Shown here piece after piece: positions 18,340 to 27,336 of a stretch of DNA of 64,000 nucleotides (positions are counted from its first letter, which is position 1; each line of letters starts with the position of its first letter). Source of the stretch: Candidatus Dormibacteria bacterium. Its GTDB lineage: Bacteria > Chloroflexota > Dormibacteria > Aeolococcales > Aeolococcaceae. The notes beneath the pieces are model-generated. The model was not told the origin of the DNA, made no database searches, and saw only the letters and a program-made list of their open reading frames with translations. The stretch is taken from NCBI GenBank assembly GCA_049521435.1, contig JBEKOU010000003.1:12688-76687 (forward strand), given 5' to 3'. Position numbers and translations under genes: made by a program.

Positions 18340-19362
18340 TCAGCGGCGGCGCAGGCTGCTGTCGGTGAGCTCCGGCGGGGCCCAGCCGGCGTCAGCGGGG
18401 TTGAGGTTGGTCCCCGGCGGCACGATCTCGTCGATGCGGTCGAGGGTGGCCTCGTCGAGGGTCACCTCGGCAGCGCCGAGCTGGCTCTCCAGGTGCTCCA
18501 TGGTGCGGGGTCCGATGATCGCCGCGGTCACCGCCGGGTGGCGGATGACGAAGGCGAGGGCGAGGTGGATGAGGCTGATGCCCGCCTCGCCGGCGAGCTT
18601 GGTGAGTCCTTCGACGGCGTCGAGCTTGCGCTGGTTGACCGGAAGGGTCAGGTCGTAGCGCTGGGGCAGCCGGGTGGCTCGCATGCTCGTCGGCGCCGCT
18701 CCTCGGTGGTAGGCGCCGGAGAGGAACCCACCGGCGAGCGGGCTCCAGGGGATGACCCCCATCCCGTACTTCTTGCAGACGGGCAGCACCTCGGCCTCGA
18801 CCCCGCGGACCAGCAGCGAGTACGGCGGCTGCTCACAGACGAAGCGCTCCCGACCGCGGCGCTCGGCGACCCACTGCGCCTCGACGATCTGCGACGCGGG
18901 AAAGGTGGAGCTGCCGAAGGCGCGGATCTTGCCGGCACGCTCCAGGTCGGTGAGCGCACCAAGGGTCTCGTCGATATCGCAGCTCGGGTCCGGCCGATGG
19001 ATCTGGTAGAGGTCGATCCAGTCGGTCTGGAGGCGGCGCAGGCTCGCCTCGCACTCGCGGATGATCCAGCGCCGTGAGTTGCCCTGGGCGTTGGGGTCGT
19101 CGCCCATCTGGGCGTGCACCTTGGTGGCCAGCACCACCTGGTCCCGCCGTCCCTCGGCGAGAGCCTTGCCGACGATCTGCTCGGACTCCCCCTGCGAGTA
19201 GACGTCGGCGGTGTCGATGAAGTTGATCCCCGCATCGAGGGCGCGATGGATGATGCGGATCGAGTCGTCGTGGTCCGGGTTACCCCAGGCGCCGAACATC
19301 ATGGCGCCGAGGCAGAGCGGGCTGACCTGAATCCCAGTGCGGCCGAGAGTGCGTTGCTGCAT
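18340..19362 (-). CDS. aldo/keto reductase
   Basis: [42 protein letters not shown], 340 aa. Confidence 0.95.
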   Translation of the reverse strand: MQQRTLGRTGIQVSPLCLGAMMFGAWGNPDHDDSIRIIHRALDAGINFIDTADVYSQGESEQIVGKALAEGRRDQVVLATKVHAQMGDDPNAQGNSRRWIIRECEASLRRLQTDWIDLYQIHRPDPSCDIDETLGALTDLERAGKIRAFGSSTFPASQIVEAQWVAERRGRERFVCEQPPYSLLVRGVEAEVLPVCKKYGMGVIPWSPLAGGFLSGAYHRGAAPTSMRATRLPQRYDLTLPVNQRKLDAVEGLTKLAGEAGISLIHLALAFVIRHPAVTAAIIGPRTMEHLESQLGAAEVTLDEATLDRIDEIVPPGTNLNPADAGWAPPELTDSSLRRR

Positions 19363-19477
19363 GCCAAAGACGATACGCGCCCGGTACTCTGCGCCGACCA
19401 GGCCCGGTCACCGTGAGAGGCTGCCAGCGGGGCAGGTCGTCGAGTGGGGCTTGCGCAGGCGCGAGATGCAATCGCGC

Positions 19478-19629
19478 CGAGCACGAGCAGCCGACGCCAA
19501 AGGCGTCGGACTGCGGTCCCCCGAGACGATGTGCCCCACCGGCAGCCCGCTCTTGCGAAAAGCTCGAGCACGAGGCGCGGACAGCAGAGCTGTCCGACGC
19601 CGGTCCCCCCGAGATGATGGGCCCCGCCG
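19478..19629. repeat. two tandem about 65-nt units (87-nt period), each a hairpin plus a conserved C-rich tail
   Basis: Unit A 19478-19542: CGAGCACGAG-cag-CCGACGCC-aaa-GGCGTCGG-actgc-GGTCCCCCGAGACGATGTGCCCCACCGG. Unit B 19565-19629: CGAGCACGAG-gcg-CGGACAGC-aga-GCTGTCCG-acgcc-GGTCCCCCCGAGATGATGGGCCCCGCCG. Confidence 0.6.
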
Positions 19630-19656
19630 ACACCCCGCCCTCGCGGTGACCCCCGA

Positions 19657-20862
19657 CTACCCGAAAGCGTCCTCGCCGGTGATGGCCTTCCCCAGGATCA
19701 GGGTGTGGACCTCCTCGGTCCCCTCGTAGGTGAGCACCGCCTCAAGGTTTGCCATGTGGCGGGCGACCGGGTAGTCGAGGGTGAGCCCGTTGGCACCCAG
19801 GATGGTTCGCGCCGCGCGGGCGATCTCGATGGCGGTCCGGGTGTTTGCCCGCTTGGCGAGCGACACCTGGACGGTGTGGACGCGGCCGGCGTCCTTCAGG
19901 GTGCCGAGCCGGTGGGCCACCAGCCGTCCCTGAACCAGCCGGGTCGCCATCTCGGCGAGCTTGGCCTGGGTGAGCTGAAAGTGCGCGATCGGATGGCCGA
20001 AGGCCTCGCGGCTGCGGGCGTACTCGACGGCGGCCGTGAAACAGGCGCGAGCGGCGCCGAGCACACCCCAGGCGATGCCGAAGCGCGCCTCGTCGAGGCA
20101 GGCGAGCGCACCGCTCAGCCCGCGGGCCTCGGGCAGCATGGAGGCCTCCGGCACCCTCACCTCGTCGAGGATCAGCTCCGAGGTCACCGAGGCACGGAGG
20201 GAGAGCTTGCCCTCGATGTCGCGGGCCGAGAAGCCGGGCGTCCCCCGCTCCACCAGGAAGCCGCGGATGCCATCGTCGGTCTGCGCCCAGACCACGGCGA
20301 TGTCGGCGAGCGAGCCGTTGGTGATCCACATCTTGGTCCCGGAGAGAACCCAGTCCCCGCCCTCGCGGCGTGCGTGGGTGCGCATCGCCCCGGGATCGCT
20401 GCCCGCGTCGGGTTCGGTCAGCCCGAAGCAGCCGATCGCCCTCCCCGCCGCCATCTCCGGGAGCCACCGCTCGCGCTGCTCGGAGCTACCGAAGCGGTGG
20501 ATGGGGAACATCGCCAGCGATCCCTGCACCGAGACGAAGGAGCGCAGACCGCTGTCCCCGGCCTCCAGCTCCTCACAGGCCACCCCGTAGGCGACCGCCG
20601 AGGCGCCGGCGCAGCCGTACCCCTCGAGGTGCATGCCCAGCAGGCCCAGCTCGCCCAGCTCGGGGATCAGCTCGCGAGGGAAGCTCCCGGCCGCGAAGTG
20701 CTCACCGGCGTGGGGCAGGAAGCGCTCGCGCACAAAACCCCGCACCGTCAGCTGGACGAGCCGCTCCTCATCGCTCAAGAGCTGGTCGACGGCGTAGAGG
20801 TCGGCCGGGTCGAGGCGCGGCCGCGCCCCATCTCTAGCGCTGTCCGTCCCCATGCGCCCCAT
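19657..20862 (-). CDS. acyl-CoA dehydrogenase (glutaryl-CoA dehydrogenase-like)
   Basis: GCFGLTEPDAGSDPGAM, GTKMWITNG and YEGTEEVHTLILG. The ATG at 20862 or 20853 is preferred over the track start at 20979, whose N-terminus is Cys/Trp-rich junk. Confidence 0.9.
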   Translation of the reverse strand: MGRMGTDSARDGARPRLDPADLYAVDQLLSDEERLVQLTVRGFVRERFLPHAGEHFAAGSFPRELIPELGELGLLGMHLEGYGCAGASAVAYGVACEELEAGDSGLRSFVSVQGSLAMFPIHRFGSSEQRERWLPEMAAGRAIGCFGLTEPDAGSDPGAMRTHARREGGDWVLSGTKMWITNGSLADIAVVWAQTDDGIRGFLVERGTPGFSARDIEGKLSLRASVTSELILDEVRVPEASMLPEARGLSGALACLDEARFGIAWGVLGAARACFTAAVEYARSREAFGHPIAHFQLTQAKLAEMATRLVQGRLVAHRLGTLKDAGRVHTVQVSLAKRANTRTAIEIARAARTILGANGLTLDYPVARHMANLEAVLTYEGTEEVHTLILGKAITGEDAFG

Positions 20863-20911
20863 TGTCACATCAAGCGCCGGACTGCGAATGGGACGAGCGG
20901 GCCCGCGCCCG

Positions 20912-22546
20912 TCAGTGGCCCAGGCCCAGCTCGACCGCCTTGACCAGCAGCAGCAGCACGGCCACGAGGATGTAGGCACCCATCGCCGTCATCCCGATCC
21001 TGCGACCGCGCGACGGCACCGGCCGGGTGAGCAGGGCGATGGGCGGCATCCGCCAGGTGAACCGATCCTCCTTGGCCTTGGCCGTCACCGCCGGCGCCAG
21101 GCTGCCCCGGGTGGAGATGCCGATCCCGGCCAGCCCGACCACGAGGATGCCGCCGAAGAGGATCAGCAGGAAGGTGACACTGACGCCAGAGAAGATGGTG
21201 GAGAAGACGAGGATCAGGGAGAGCATCACCAGGATGGCGAGGATCACGGTCGCCAGCACGTTGAGCCACGGCTTGTTGACCCAGGGGCCGAGCACCGCGG
21301 AGTCGTTGCAGAGCAGGAGCAGGAAGAGGCTCGCACTGGGCAGCAGCGTGCCCGCCAGGGCCTGCACCGCGGTGGTGATCAGACCGAGCGGGGCGTGGGG
21401 GATGAGCACGATGCCCGCCGCCACCACGACGACGGCGGTGAACACGGCGTAGAAGGGTTTGGCCTCCCGCCAGGAGCGGTGCAGCGAGTGGCGGATCCCG
21501 AAGACGTCGCCGAACGCGTAGGAGGTCGCCAGGGTGACGGCGCTCGCGCCGATCACCGAGGCGTCGATGAGCAGCACCGAGAAGATGGCGCCGAGCGCGG
21601 AGCTGACGTGCTTGGCCAGCCCCTCGGCCACCGTCTGCGCATCGGCGAAATGGCCGGCGAGGAGCGTTCCATGAAACGCCGTTGCGGTCGTGATCATGAT
21701 GGCCGCGGCGCCGATGACGACGACGAAGGCGCCCACCACGGTGTCGGTTCGCTCATACGCGATCCAGCGCGGGGTGATGCGCTTGTCGACGACGTTCGAC
21801 TGCTGGAAGAAGAGCTGCCACGGGGCCACCGTCGTGCCCACGATGGCGACGATGAGCAGTGCGCCATTGGAGCTCAGCCCGCCCTGGATGCCCGGGATCA
21901 GGAAGCCGTGCAGGACCGGACCGAGGGTGGGATGGGCGAGCACCACCAGGGGGATCACCAGCGCGTTGCCCCCCAGGATGACGAACATCAGGCGTTCCCA
22001 GGTCGAGAACTTGCCGGTCACGGTGATGCCGATCAGGAAGATGGCGCCGATGGGGACGGCGATGTACGGGCTCACCCCGAAGTAGGCGGCGCCGAGACCG
22101 ATGCCGATGAACTCGGTGGTGATGGTGAGGAAGTTGAGGAGGAAGAGGTCGCCGACCGAGAACCATCCCCAGAACTTCCCGAAGCGCTCAAAGATCAGCC
22201 GCCCGTGCCCGACCCCGGTGACCGCCCCGAGGCGGACCACCATCTCCTGGTTGACGATCAGCACCGGGATGAGCAGGACCAGCACCCAGAGCAGGCTGGT
22301 GCCGTAGTTCTGTCCCGCCTGGGCGTAGGTCGCGACGCCGCCGGCGTCGTTGTCGCCGACCATGACGATGAGCCCCGGTCCCATGATCACGGCCAGCGCG
22401 AGGAGCCGCCGCCGCCAGGTCCGCCGGCTGCCGTGCTCCTGCTCGTGGATGGTGCCGAAGGCCCCCTTGATGTCGCCGAGGTGAGCGTCGTCGAGGACCG
22501 CGCTCTTCCGCGCCTCTCCTGCGCTCCGGTGCCTCTCGTCGACCAA
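20912..22546 (-). CDS. NRAMP-family transporter with an NRMT-like (Mg2+-type) substituted metal site
   Basis: TM1 GPGLIVMVGDNDAGGVATY (canonical DPGN becomes DAGG). TM6 VGTTVAPWQLFFQQS (canonical MPHN becomes APWQ). 11-12 TM overall. TTG start. Confidence 0.85.
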   Translation of the reverse strand: MVDERHRSAGEARKSAVLDDAHLGDIKGAFGTIHEQEHGSRRTWRRRLLALAVIMGPGLIVMVGDNDAGGVATYAQAGQNYGTSLLWVLVLLIPVLIVNQEMVVRLGAVTGVGHGRLIFERFGKFWGWFSVGDLFLLNFLTITTEFIGIGLGAAYFGVSPYIAVPIGAIFLIGITVTGKFSTWERLMFVILGGNALVIPLVVLAHPTLGPVLHGFLIPGIQGGLSSNGALLIVAIVGTTVAPWQLFFQQSNVVDKRITPRWIAYERTDTVVGAFVVVIGAAAIMITTATAFHGTLLAGHFADAQTVAEGLAKHVSSALGAIFSVLLIDASVIGASAVTLATSYAFGDVFGIRHSLHRSWREAKPFYAVFTAVVVVAAGIVLIPHAPLGLITTAVQALAGTLLPSASLFLLLLCNDSAVLGPWVNKPWLNVLATVILAILVMLSLILVFSTIFSGVSVTFLLILFGGILVVGLAGIGISTRGSLAPAVTAKAKEDRFTWRMPPIALLTRPVPSRGRRIGMTAMGAYILVAVLLLLVKAVELGLGH

Positions 22547-22580
22547 GCCGGACCTCCCGCTGCCGGATGGGGCAGCACAA

Positions 22581-22601
22581 CTGAGCGGGCCCGCCGCTCA
22601 G
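22581..22601 (-). terminator. hairpin CTGAGCGG-CGGGC-CCGCTCAG in the 266-nt leader of the NRAMP-like gene
   Basis: 8-bp stem read directly. On the minus strand it is followed by TTGTGCTGCC, 35 nt before the TTG start. Confidence 0.3.
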
Positions 22602-22812
22602 GAGGTCACGACGCTGTCAGACCCCTGGGCTAACGTGCCTCTTTGCGCCGGCGCACCACCACGTCGCTGCTGACGTCGATGGAGCCCCGGACCGCCTACT
22701 ATCGCCGTCTTCCATGGGCACCTCTGGCTGTTGACTGCCGGCGCCAGTCTACCAGGGGGCGGTGAGGCTCCCGACCCAGGTCCGGCAGGATCAGCGACCC
22801 TTATTCTCCGTC

Positions 22813-24099
22813 TCAGCCGTGATCGGCCTCGGAGCGGCGGCGCCAGGAGTCGGGGAGCATCGCCTCCAGCACGTCGTCCACCGAGATGACCCCGATGATG
22901 CGGCGGCCCTCGTCCACAACCGGGACGACGCTCAGGTTGAAGTCGGTCATCAGCCGGGCAACCTCGGGGAGGTCGTCCCCCGCCTCCAGCGCGGTGTCGC
23001 CCCGCTGCACCAGCTTGGCGACCCCGCCGTTGCCCCGGGCCTGGATCAGGCTCACCAGGGGGACGGCGCCGACCAGGCGGCCCGAGGCGTCCGTGACGAA
23101 GACGTCGGCGAGCACCTGGGGCGATAGCCCCGCAACTTTCACAGCGGCGAGCGCCTCGGTCACGGTTGCCGCCTCGGCCACCGCGACGAAATCGGGGCTC
23201 ATCAACCCGCCCGCGCTCTCCGGGCTGTAGCTGAGCAGGGCCCGCACCTTGGCCTGCTTGGCGGGAGGGAGGAGGGCGAGGATGGCGGCACGCCGCGCCT
23301 GGTCGAGCTCGGTGATGAGGTCGGCGGCGTCGTCGGCGCCCATGCCGGCGAGCACCATGGCCGCCTCAGCGTCGGATCGCGCGTGGAGAAACTCGACCTG
23401 GTGCTCGGTGTTGAGCTCCTCGAAGACATCAGCCTCCAGCTCGGGATCGGCGTGGACGGCGGTGATGATCTCCTCCCCCTCCTCATGGGAGGCGCTCTCC
23501 ACGATGTCGGCGATCTCGGCGGGGTGGAGGCGGCGCAGCCGGCGGATCGGCATGAGCAGCCGGGAGGTGGGGACGTGGCCGACAAAGGGCTCCACCTGAG
23601 CCCAGTCGACGAAGTAGCGGGCGTGGTGGCGGGGAGCGTTGAAGGGAGGAGGCAGCATCCGCCGCAGCGCTCCCCGGCGGCTGGAGTCGACGCCGGCCAC
23701 CTTCCACCCGCCGCGCCCGGCGGTCAGCTGGATGTCGCCGGCGGTGATCAATCGTCCCGTCTCCACGCTGATCACCCGCCGTCCGAGCACGTCAGCGCGG
23801 AGCAGCACCTCACCCTGACGGCGTTCGAAGCGGAGCAGGCTGAGCGTCTCGCCGGTGAGCTGCACGCGCCCACCCGCCACCTCGCCGAGGCGATCGCGGG
23901 GGACGAAGAGCCGCCGGCCGGCAAGTCGCGCGATCAGCCCGGTCACGGGCGGATAGCCGCCCGCACCGAGACGGACGATCACGTCCTCGACTCGCCCGAG
24001 CGTCTCCCCAGCACGGTCGACGATCCGGCTGTGGGTGATCTCGGTGAGCCAGAGGCGCGCGACCCCCGACGGCGACGGCTCGGTGTCTGATGTGGTCAT
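22813..24099 (-). CDS. soluble PRC-barrel + MgtE N-terminal domain + CBS-pair protein (no transmembrane domain)
   Basis: RLHPAEIADIVESASHEEGEEIITAV...EFLHARSDAEAAMVLAGMGADDAADLITELD (MgtE_N-like), then two CBS-like repeats ending VVPVVDEGRRIIGVISVDDVLEAM. The protein ends without TM helices. ATG at 24099 is preferred over TTG at 24135. Confidence 0.8.
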   Translation of the reverse strand: MTTSDTEPSPSGVARLWLTEITHSRIVDRAGETLGRVEDVIVRLGAGGYPPVTGLIARLAGRRLFVPRDRLGEVAGGRVQLTGETLSLLRFERRQGEVLLRADVLGRRVISVETGRLITAGDIQLTAGRGGWKVAGVDSSRRGALRRMLPPPFNAPRHHARYFVDWAQVEPFVGHVPTSRLLMPIRRLRRLHPAEIADIVESASHEEGEEIITAVHADPELEADVFEELNTEHQVEFLHARSDAEAAMVLAGMGADDAADLITELDQARRAAILALLPPAKQAKVRALLSYSPESAGGLMSPDFVAVAEAATVTEALAAVKVAGLSPQVLADVFVTDASGRLVGAVPLVSLIQARGNGGVAKLVQRGDTALEAGDDLPEVARLMTDFNLSVVPVVDEGRRIIGVISVDDVLEAMLPDSWRRRSEADHG

Positions 24100-24176
24100 C
24101 TGACGGCCTACAGTCTGCCACGTCCCCCGACCCAAGGCGCCGAGACTGGCGCAGCGCTCCCCAGTCCCGCGCGCGG

Positions 24177-25601
24177 TCAGGTTTCGGGGATGACGCCGGC
24201 TTCGCGACCGCTGCTCAGGGAGCGCGGCCAGCTCACCCCCATGCTCGCCCCACCGCTCGGCGAGTCCCCGATCTGCCAGCGGCCCCCGGTGGCGGAGACG
24301 ACGGAGTTGGCGATGGCCAGGCCGAGCCCCGCGCCGCCAGGCTGGTCGGTGGCACGCCGGAAGCGGTCGAAGATGTGCGCCCGCTCATCGACGGGGATGC
24401 CGGGACCGGAGTCGTCGACCGAGGTGCGTATCCGGTTGCCGTCGGGCCACACCGCGACGTCGATGCTCCCGCCCTCCGGCACGTACTTGGAGGCGTTGTC
24501 CAAGAGGACGCCCAGGAGGCGGTCGAGCCAGTCCGGCGGGGCGTGGACCACGAGCGGCTCGGGTGCCGTCCGAACCGTCAGCCGGACGCCCTTGGCCTCG
24601 GCGACGGCGGTGAACCGATCGGCCGCCATGTGGGCGAGGACGGCGAGGTCCACGTGCTCCGCCTGCGCGCGTTCACGGGTCGTGTCGAAGCGGGCCAGCC
24701 AGAGCAGGTCCTCGACCAGCCGGCGCATGCGGCCGCTCTCCCCCTGCACCCGCTGGAAGGCGGCGTGGTACCAGCCCACGTCGCGCGGTTGGGCGAGGGC
24801 GAGGGAGGTCTGGGCCTCGATCACCGAGAGCGGGGTGCGCAGCTCGTGAGAGGCGTCGGCGGTGAACTCCATCTGGCGAACACGAGCCTGCTCGATGGGG
24901 GCGGCCACCCGGCGGCCGATGGTGAGCGCACCGAGGAAGACGGCGAGCAGGAGGACCGGACCCACGATGGTCTCGGCCAGGATCAGGTTGCCCTCGGCGG
25001 AGCCGACCCCGCTCAGCGACTGACCGATGACCATCCGCACCAGCGTCACCGGCTCGTAGATGGGCAGATCGGTCACGGGATCGACGGCGACCTGGGCGTC
25101 GTAGTGGACCGCCGGGCTGATGTCCGTGCCGATCACCCGGAAGTCGTCGCCGCCGACGGAGACGGTCTGCGGCGTGGCTCCGACGCCCAGGGCGAACGCC
25201 GGGAGCTCGTTGCCGGTGGAGGTCGGGACCGTGCACGCCTGCAGCTGAGCCTGGGGGTCACAGACTATCTCGGTGCCGTCGGCCGCGACGAACCAGTACC
25301 AGAGCGGAGAGCTCGACGTCCCGGTGGATTGCGGGGTACCGCCGGCGGTGGAGGTGGCCAGGGCCTGGCTCAATTGGGCGTCGACCTCCGAGGCCTCCCG
25401 CGCGCTGACGATCAGGACCACCACCACCGCGATCACCAGGTAGACGGCGGCGACGATGGCGGTGCTGACCAGGGCGACCCGGGTGGCCGCCACCCGCACC
25501 CGGCGCAGCGCGTCCCGTCCGGCGTCGCCGGTGCCGGTGGCGGTCCCGCCGGAGAGCCGATCGAGGGCGCGACCGATCCCTGCGAGGGGCCCGAAGCTCA
25601 C
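24177..25601 (-). CDS. sensor histidine kinase
   Basis: Two TM segments, FTADASHELRTPLSVIE (H-box), HATPase motifs (DNASKY, DSGPGI, GGAGLGLAI). GTGA overlap with the regulator gene. Confidence 0.9.
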   Translation of the reverse strand: MSFGPLAGIGRALDRLSGGTATGTGDAGRDALRRVRVAATRVALVSTAIVAAVYLVIAVVVVLIVSAREASEVDAQLSQALATSTAGGTPQSTGTSSSPLWYWFVAADGTEIVCDPQAQLQACTVPTSTGNELPAFALGVGATPQTVSVGGDDFRVIGTDISPAVHYDAQVAVDPVTDLPIYEPVTLVRMVIGQSLSGVGSAEGNLILAETIVGPVLLLAVFLGALTIGRRVAAPIEQARVRQMEFTADASHELRTPLSVIEAQTSLALAQPRDVGWYHAAFQRVQGESGRMRRLVEDLLWLARFDTTRERAQAEHVDLAVLAHMAADRFTAVAEAKGVRLTVRTAPEPLVVHAPPDWLDRLLGVLLDNASKYVPEGGSIDVAVWPDGNRIRTSVDDSGPGIPVDERAHIFDRFRRATDQPGGAGLGLAIANSVVSATGGRWQIGDSPSGGASMGVSWPRSLSSGREAGVIPET

Positions 25602-26269
25602 CCCGCCTCCTCGAGCCGGTATCCCGCGCCCCGCACCGTGACGATCCGGACGCCGGCGCTCGGGAGCTTGGCCCGGAGCCGGCTGAGCTGGACGTCGATG
25701 GCGTTGGAGCCGAGGGCGTCGGTCTCGTCCCGCCAGCCGTGCTCGGCGATCGCCTTGCGGTCGACGACCGCGGGAGACCGCCGCATCAGCAGCTCGAGGA
25801 TGTTGTACTCGGTGGTGGTGAGGTTGACCGGGCGACCGAGGGCGGTCACCTCGCGGCGGAGCGGGTCGAGTGCCAGGCCGCCCCGGGTGATCACCGGTGC
25901 GTCCACCCCGCGGGGGCGGCGCTGGAGAGCCCGGATCCGGGCCAGCAGCTCGCTGAAGTCGAAGGGCTTGACCAGGTAGTCGTCGGCCCCGGCGTCGAGG
26001 CCCTCCACACGGTCGGGCGGGGTGTCCCGGGCGGTCAGCATCAGGATCGCGGTGGGCCGCTCGTGGCGGCGTGCCCAGCGGACCACGTCGATGCCGGCGC
26101 CGCCGGGCATCCGCCAGTCGATCACGGCGACGTCGTACTCGTAGAACTTGAGCTGGTCGATGGCGTCGTCGCCACGGCCGACGGCATCGACCTGGTAGCC
26201 GCCGTCCTCGAGGCCCTGGATCAGAACGGAACGGAGACCGGGATCGTCCTCGGCGACCAGGATTCGCAT
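25598..26269 (-). CDS. OmpR-family response regulator
   Basis: MRILVAEDDPGL...VAVIDWRMPGG...LTARD...DDYLVKPF, plus a winged-helix C-terminus (LTTTEYNILELL...VRGAGYRL). Confidence 0.95.
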   Translation of the reverse strand: MRILVAEDDPGLRSVLIQGLEDGGYQVDAVGRGDDAIDQLKFYEYDVAVIDWRMPGGAGIDVVRWARRHERPTAILMLTARDTPPDRVEGLDAGADDYLVKPFDFSELLARIRALQRRPRGVDAPVITRGGLALDPLRREVTALGRPVNLTTTEYNILELLMRRSPAVVDRKAIAEHGWRDETDALGSNAIDVQLSRLRAKLPSAGVRIVTVRGAGYRLEEAG

Positions 26270-26321
26270 GGCATCAGTCTCGCGCAGCCGGGCCCCGAGC
26301 GCAGCCTCTCACCACCGGAGA

Positions 26322-27170
26322 CTAGGAGCTGGTGGTCGTCGTGGTGGTGGTCCCGCCCCCACCACCTCCGAAGCCGCCGAATCCGCCGCCGCCGAAGCCA
26401 CCGAACCCGCTCCCGCCCGTGAAGCAGCCGGACGGACCGGCGGGCTCGATGAGCAGGGAGCTGGCGGTCACCACACCCGAGGAGCTCTTGGGGCCGATGG
26501 CGGCGACGCAGGTGCCGGACGTCAGGTCGGAGACCGAACCCGCGGTCGTCGTGGAGACCGAGGCGGTGCTCGGTACCGTGATGCCCTGGCTGGAGCCACC
26601 GGTGGGCTGGACGGTCACCACGCCGCCGCTCACGGCGGTGACCACCCCCCGGACGCTCGCGAAGTCGAAGTTGAAACCACCGGAGGGTCGCGGAGCGAAG
26701 CTGAAGTCGGGTCGGCCGCCCGGGAAGCCGCCCGGATTGCCGCCCGCAAACGAGGTCGCCGGGCAGGAGCCGTTGACCTCCGGCGAGACCGTCACCCGGT
26801 TCGCAACGATGGTACCCGCGGCGTCGCTGCCGGTCGCGGTGATGCAGCTCCCGACCGCGATGTCGGAGACGCTGCCGGTCCCGGTCTGGCTGATGGGTGT
26901 CGAGCTGCTGAAGTCGACGGTCACGTCGCCGCTCGAGGTGTTGAGCACGAGGGTCGACCCGCTGAGGCTGACCACGCTCCCGTCGGTGAGGTTGCCATCC
27001 CGGAATCCGCCGTATCGGCCCGGCAAGGAGCTGCCCGTCGTGCCGCAGGCCGCGATCACGAGCGCCACGCCGGCGAGCGTCGCGACGGTGGCCACGCGCG
27101 CGCGCCAACGGCCAGCGGCCGGCCCGCGTTCCGCCGTGCCCCTCCGCGTCGCCAGCAACCTCTTCACCAC
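26322..27170 (-). CDS. lipoprotein with two DUF5666-like beta domains and a Gly-rich/poly-Thr tail
   Basis: Lipobox LAGVALVIAACG. Repeats: GSVVSLSGSTLVLNTSSGDVTVDFSSSTPISQ...VSDIAVGSCITATG and VRGVVTAVSGGVVTVQP...ITVPSTASVS...VSDLTSGTCVAAIG. Tail GGFGGGGFGGFGGGGGGTTTTTTTSS. GTG at 27170 is assumed; an ATG at 27314 is also in frame. Confidence 0.6.
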   Translation of the reverse strand: MVKRLLATRRGTAERGPAAGRWRARVATVATLAGVALVIAACGTTGSSLPGRYGGFRDGNLTDGSVVSLSGSTLVLNTSSGDVTVDFSSSTPISQTGTGSVSDIAVGSCITATGSDAAGTIVANRVTVSPEVNGSCPATSFAGGNPGGFPGGRPDFSFAPRPSGGFNFDFASVRGVVTAVSGGVVTVQPTGGSSQGITVPSTASVSTTTAGSVSDLTSGTCVAAIGPKSSSGVVTASSLLIEPAGPSGCFTGGSGFGGFGGGGFGGFGGGGGGTTTTTTTSS

Positions 27171-27336
27171 TCCTCGGACCTCGACCGGTTCCCCGGAGCT
27201 TGGGGGTGGCGCCGGTCGCGATGCGCGGCCGGCACCACCCGGGGGGGAGGTCGTAGATCGGTAGCGAGCCCATTCCACCCCAGGCCACCTTTCGAATCCG
27301 TGATGCCGATCCATGTGAATCCGCGATGGCGCTTCA

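Noticed and set aside
19413-19649. 78-aa plus-strand ORF that reads through both tandem units (87 nt = 29 codons)
   Set aside because: There is no SD and the composition is Arg/Cys/Pro-rich. The differences between units are exactly base-pair-compensating in the hairpin arms, which fits structural rather than coding selection. A repeat-containing micro-protein is not strictly excluded.
22547-22812. Possible M-box (Mg2+) riboswitch in front of the NRMT-like gene
   Set aside because: I found fragments resembling M-box cores. GGUGAGGCUCC is on the plus strand, whereas UCAACAG...AGGUGC is on the minus strand. They are on opposite strands and not colinear with the consensus, so I cannot support an M-box call. 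The region is kept only as an unexplained leader.
26330-26420. Short-period GGN/ACC repeats that look like a microsatellite or mini-array
   Set aside because: They are the in-frame coding sequence of the Gly-rich/poly-Thr C-terminal tail of the lipoprotein (minus strand). There is no spacer-repeat organisation, so it is not a CRISPR array.
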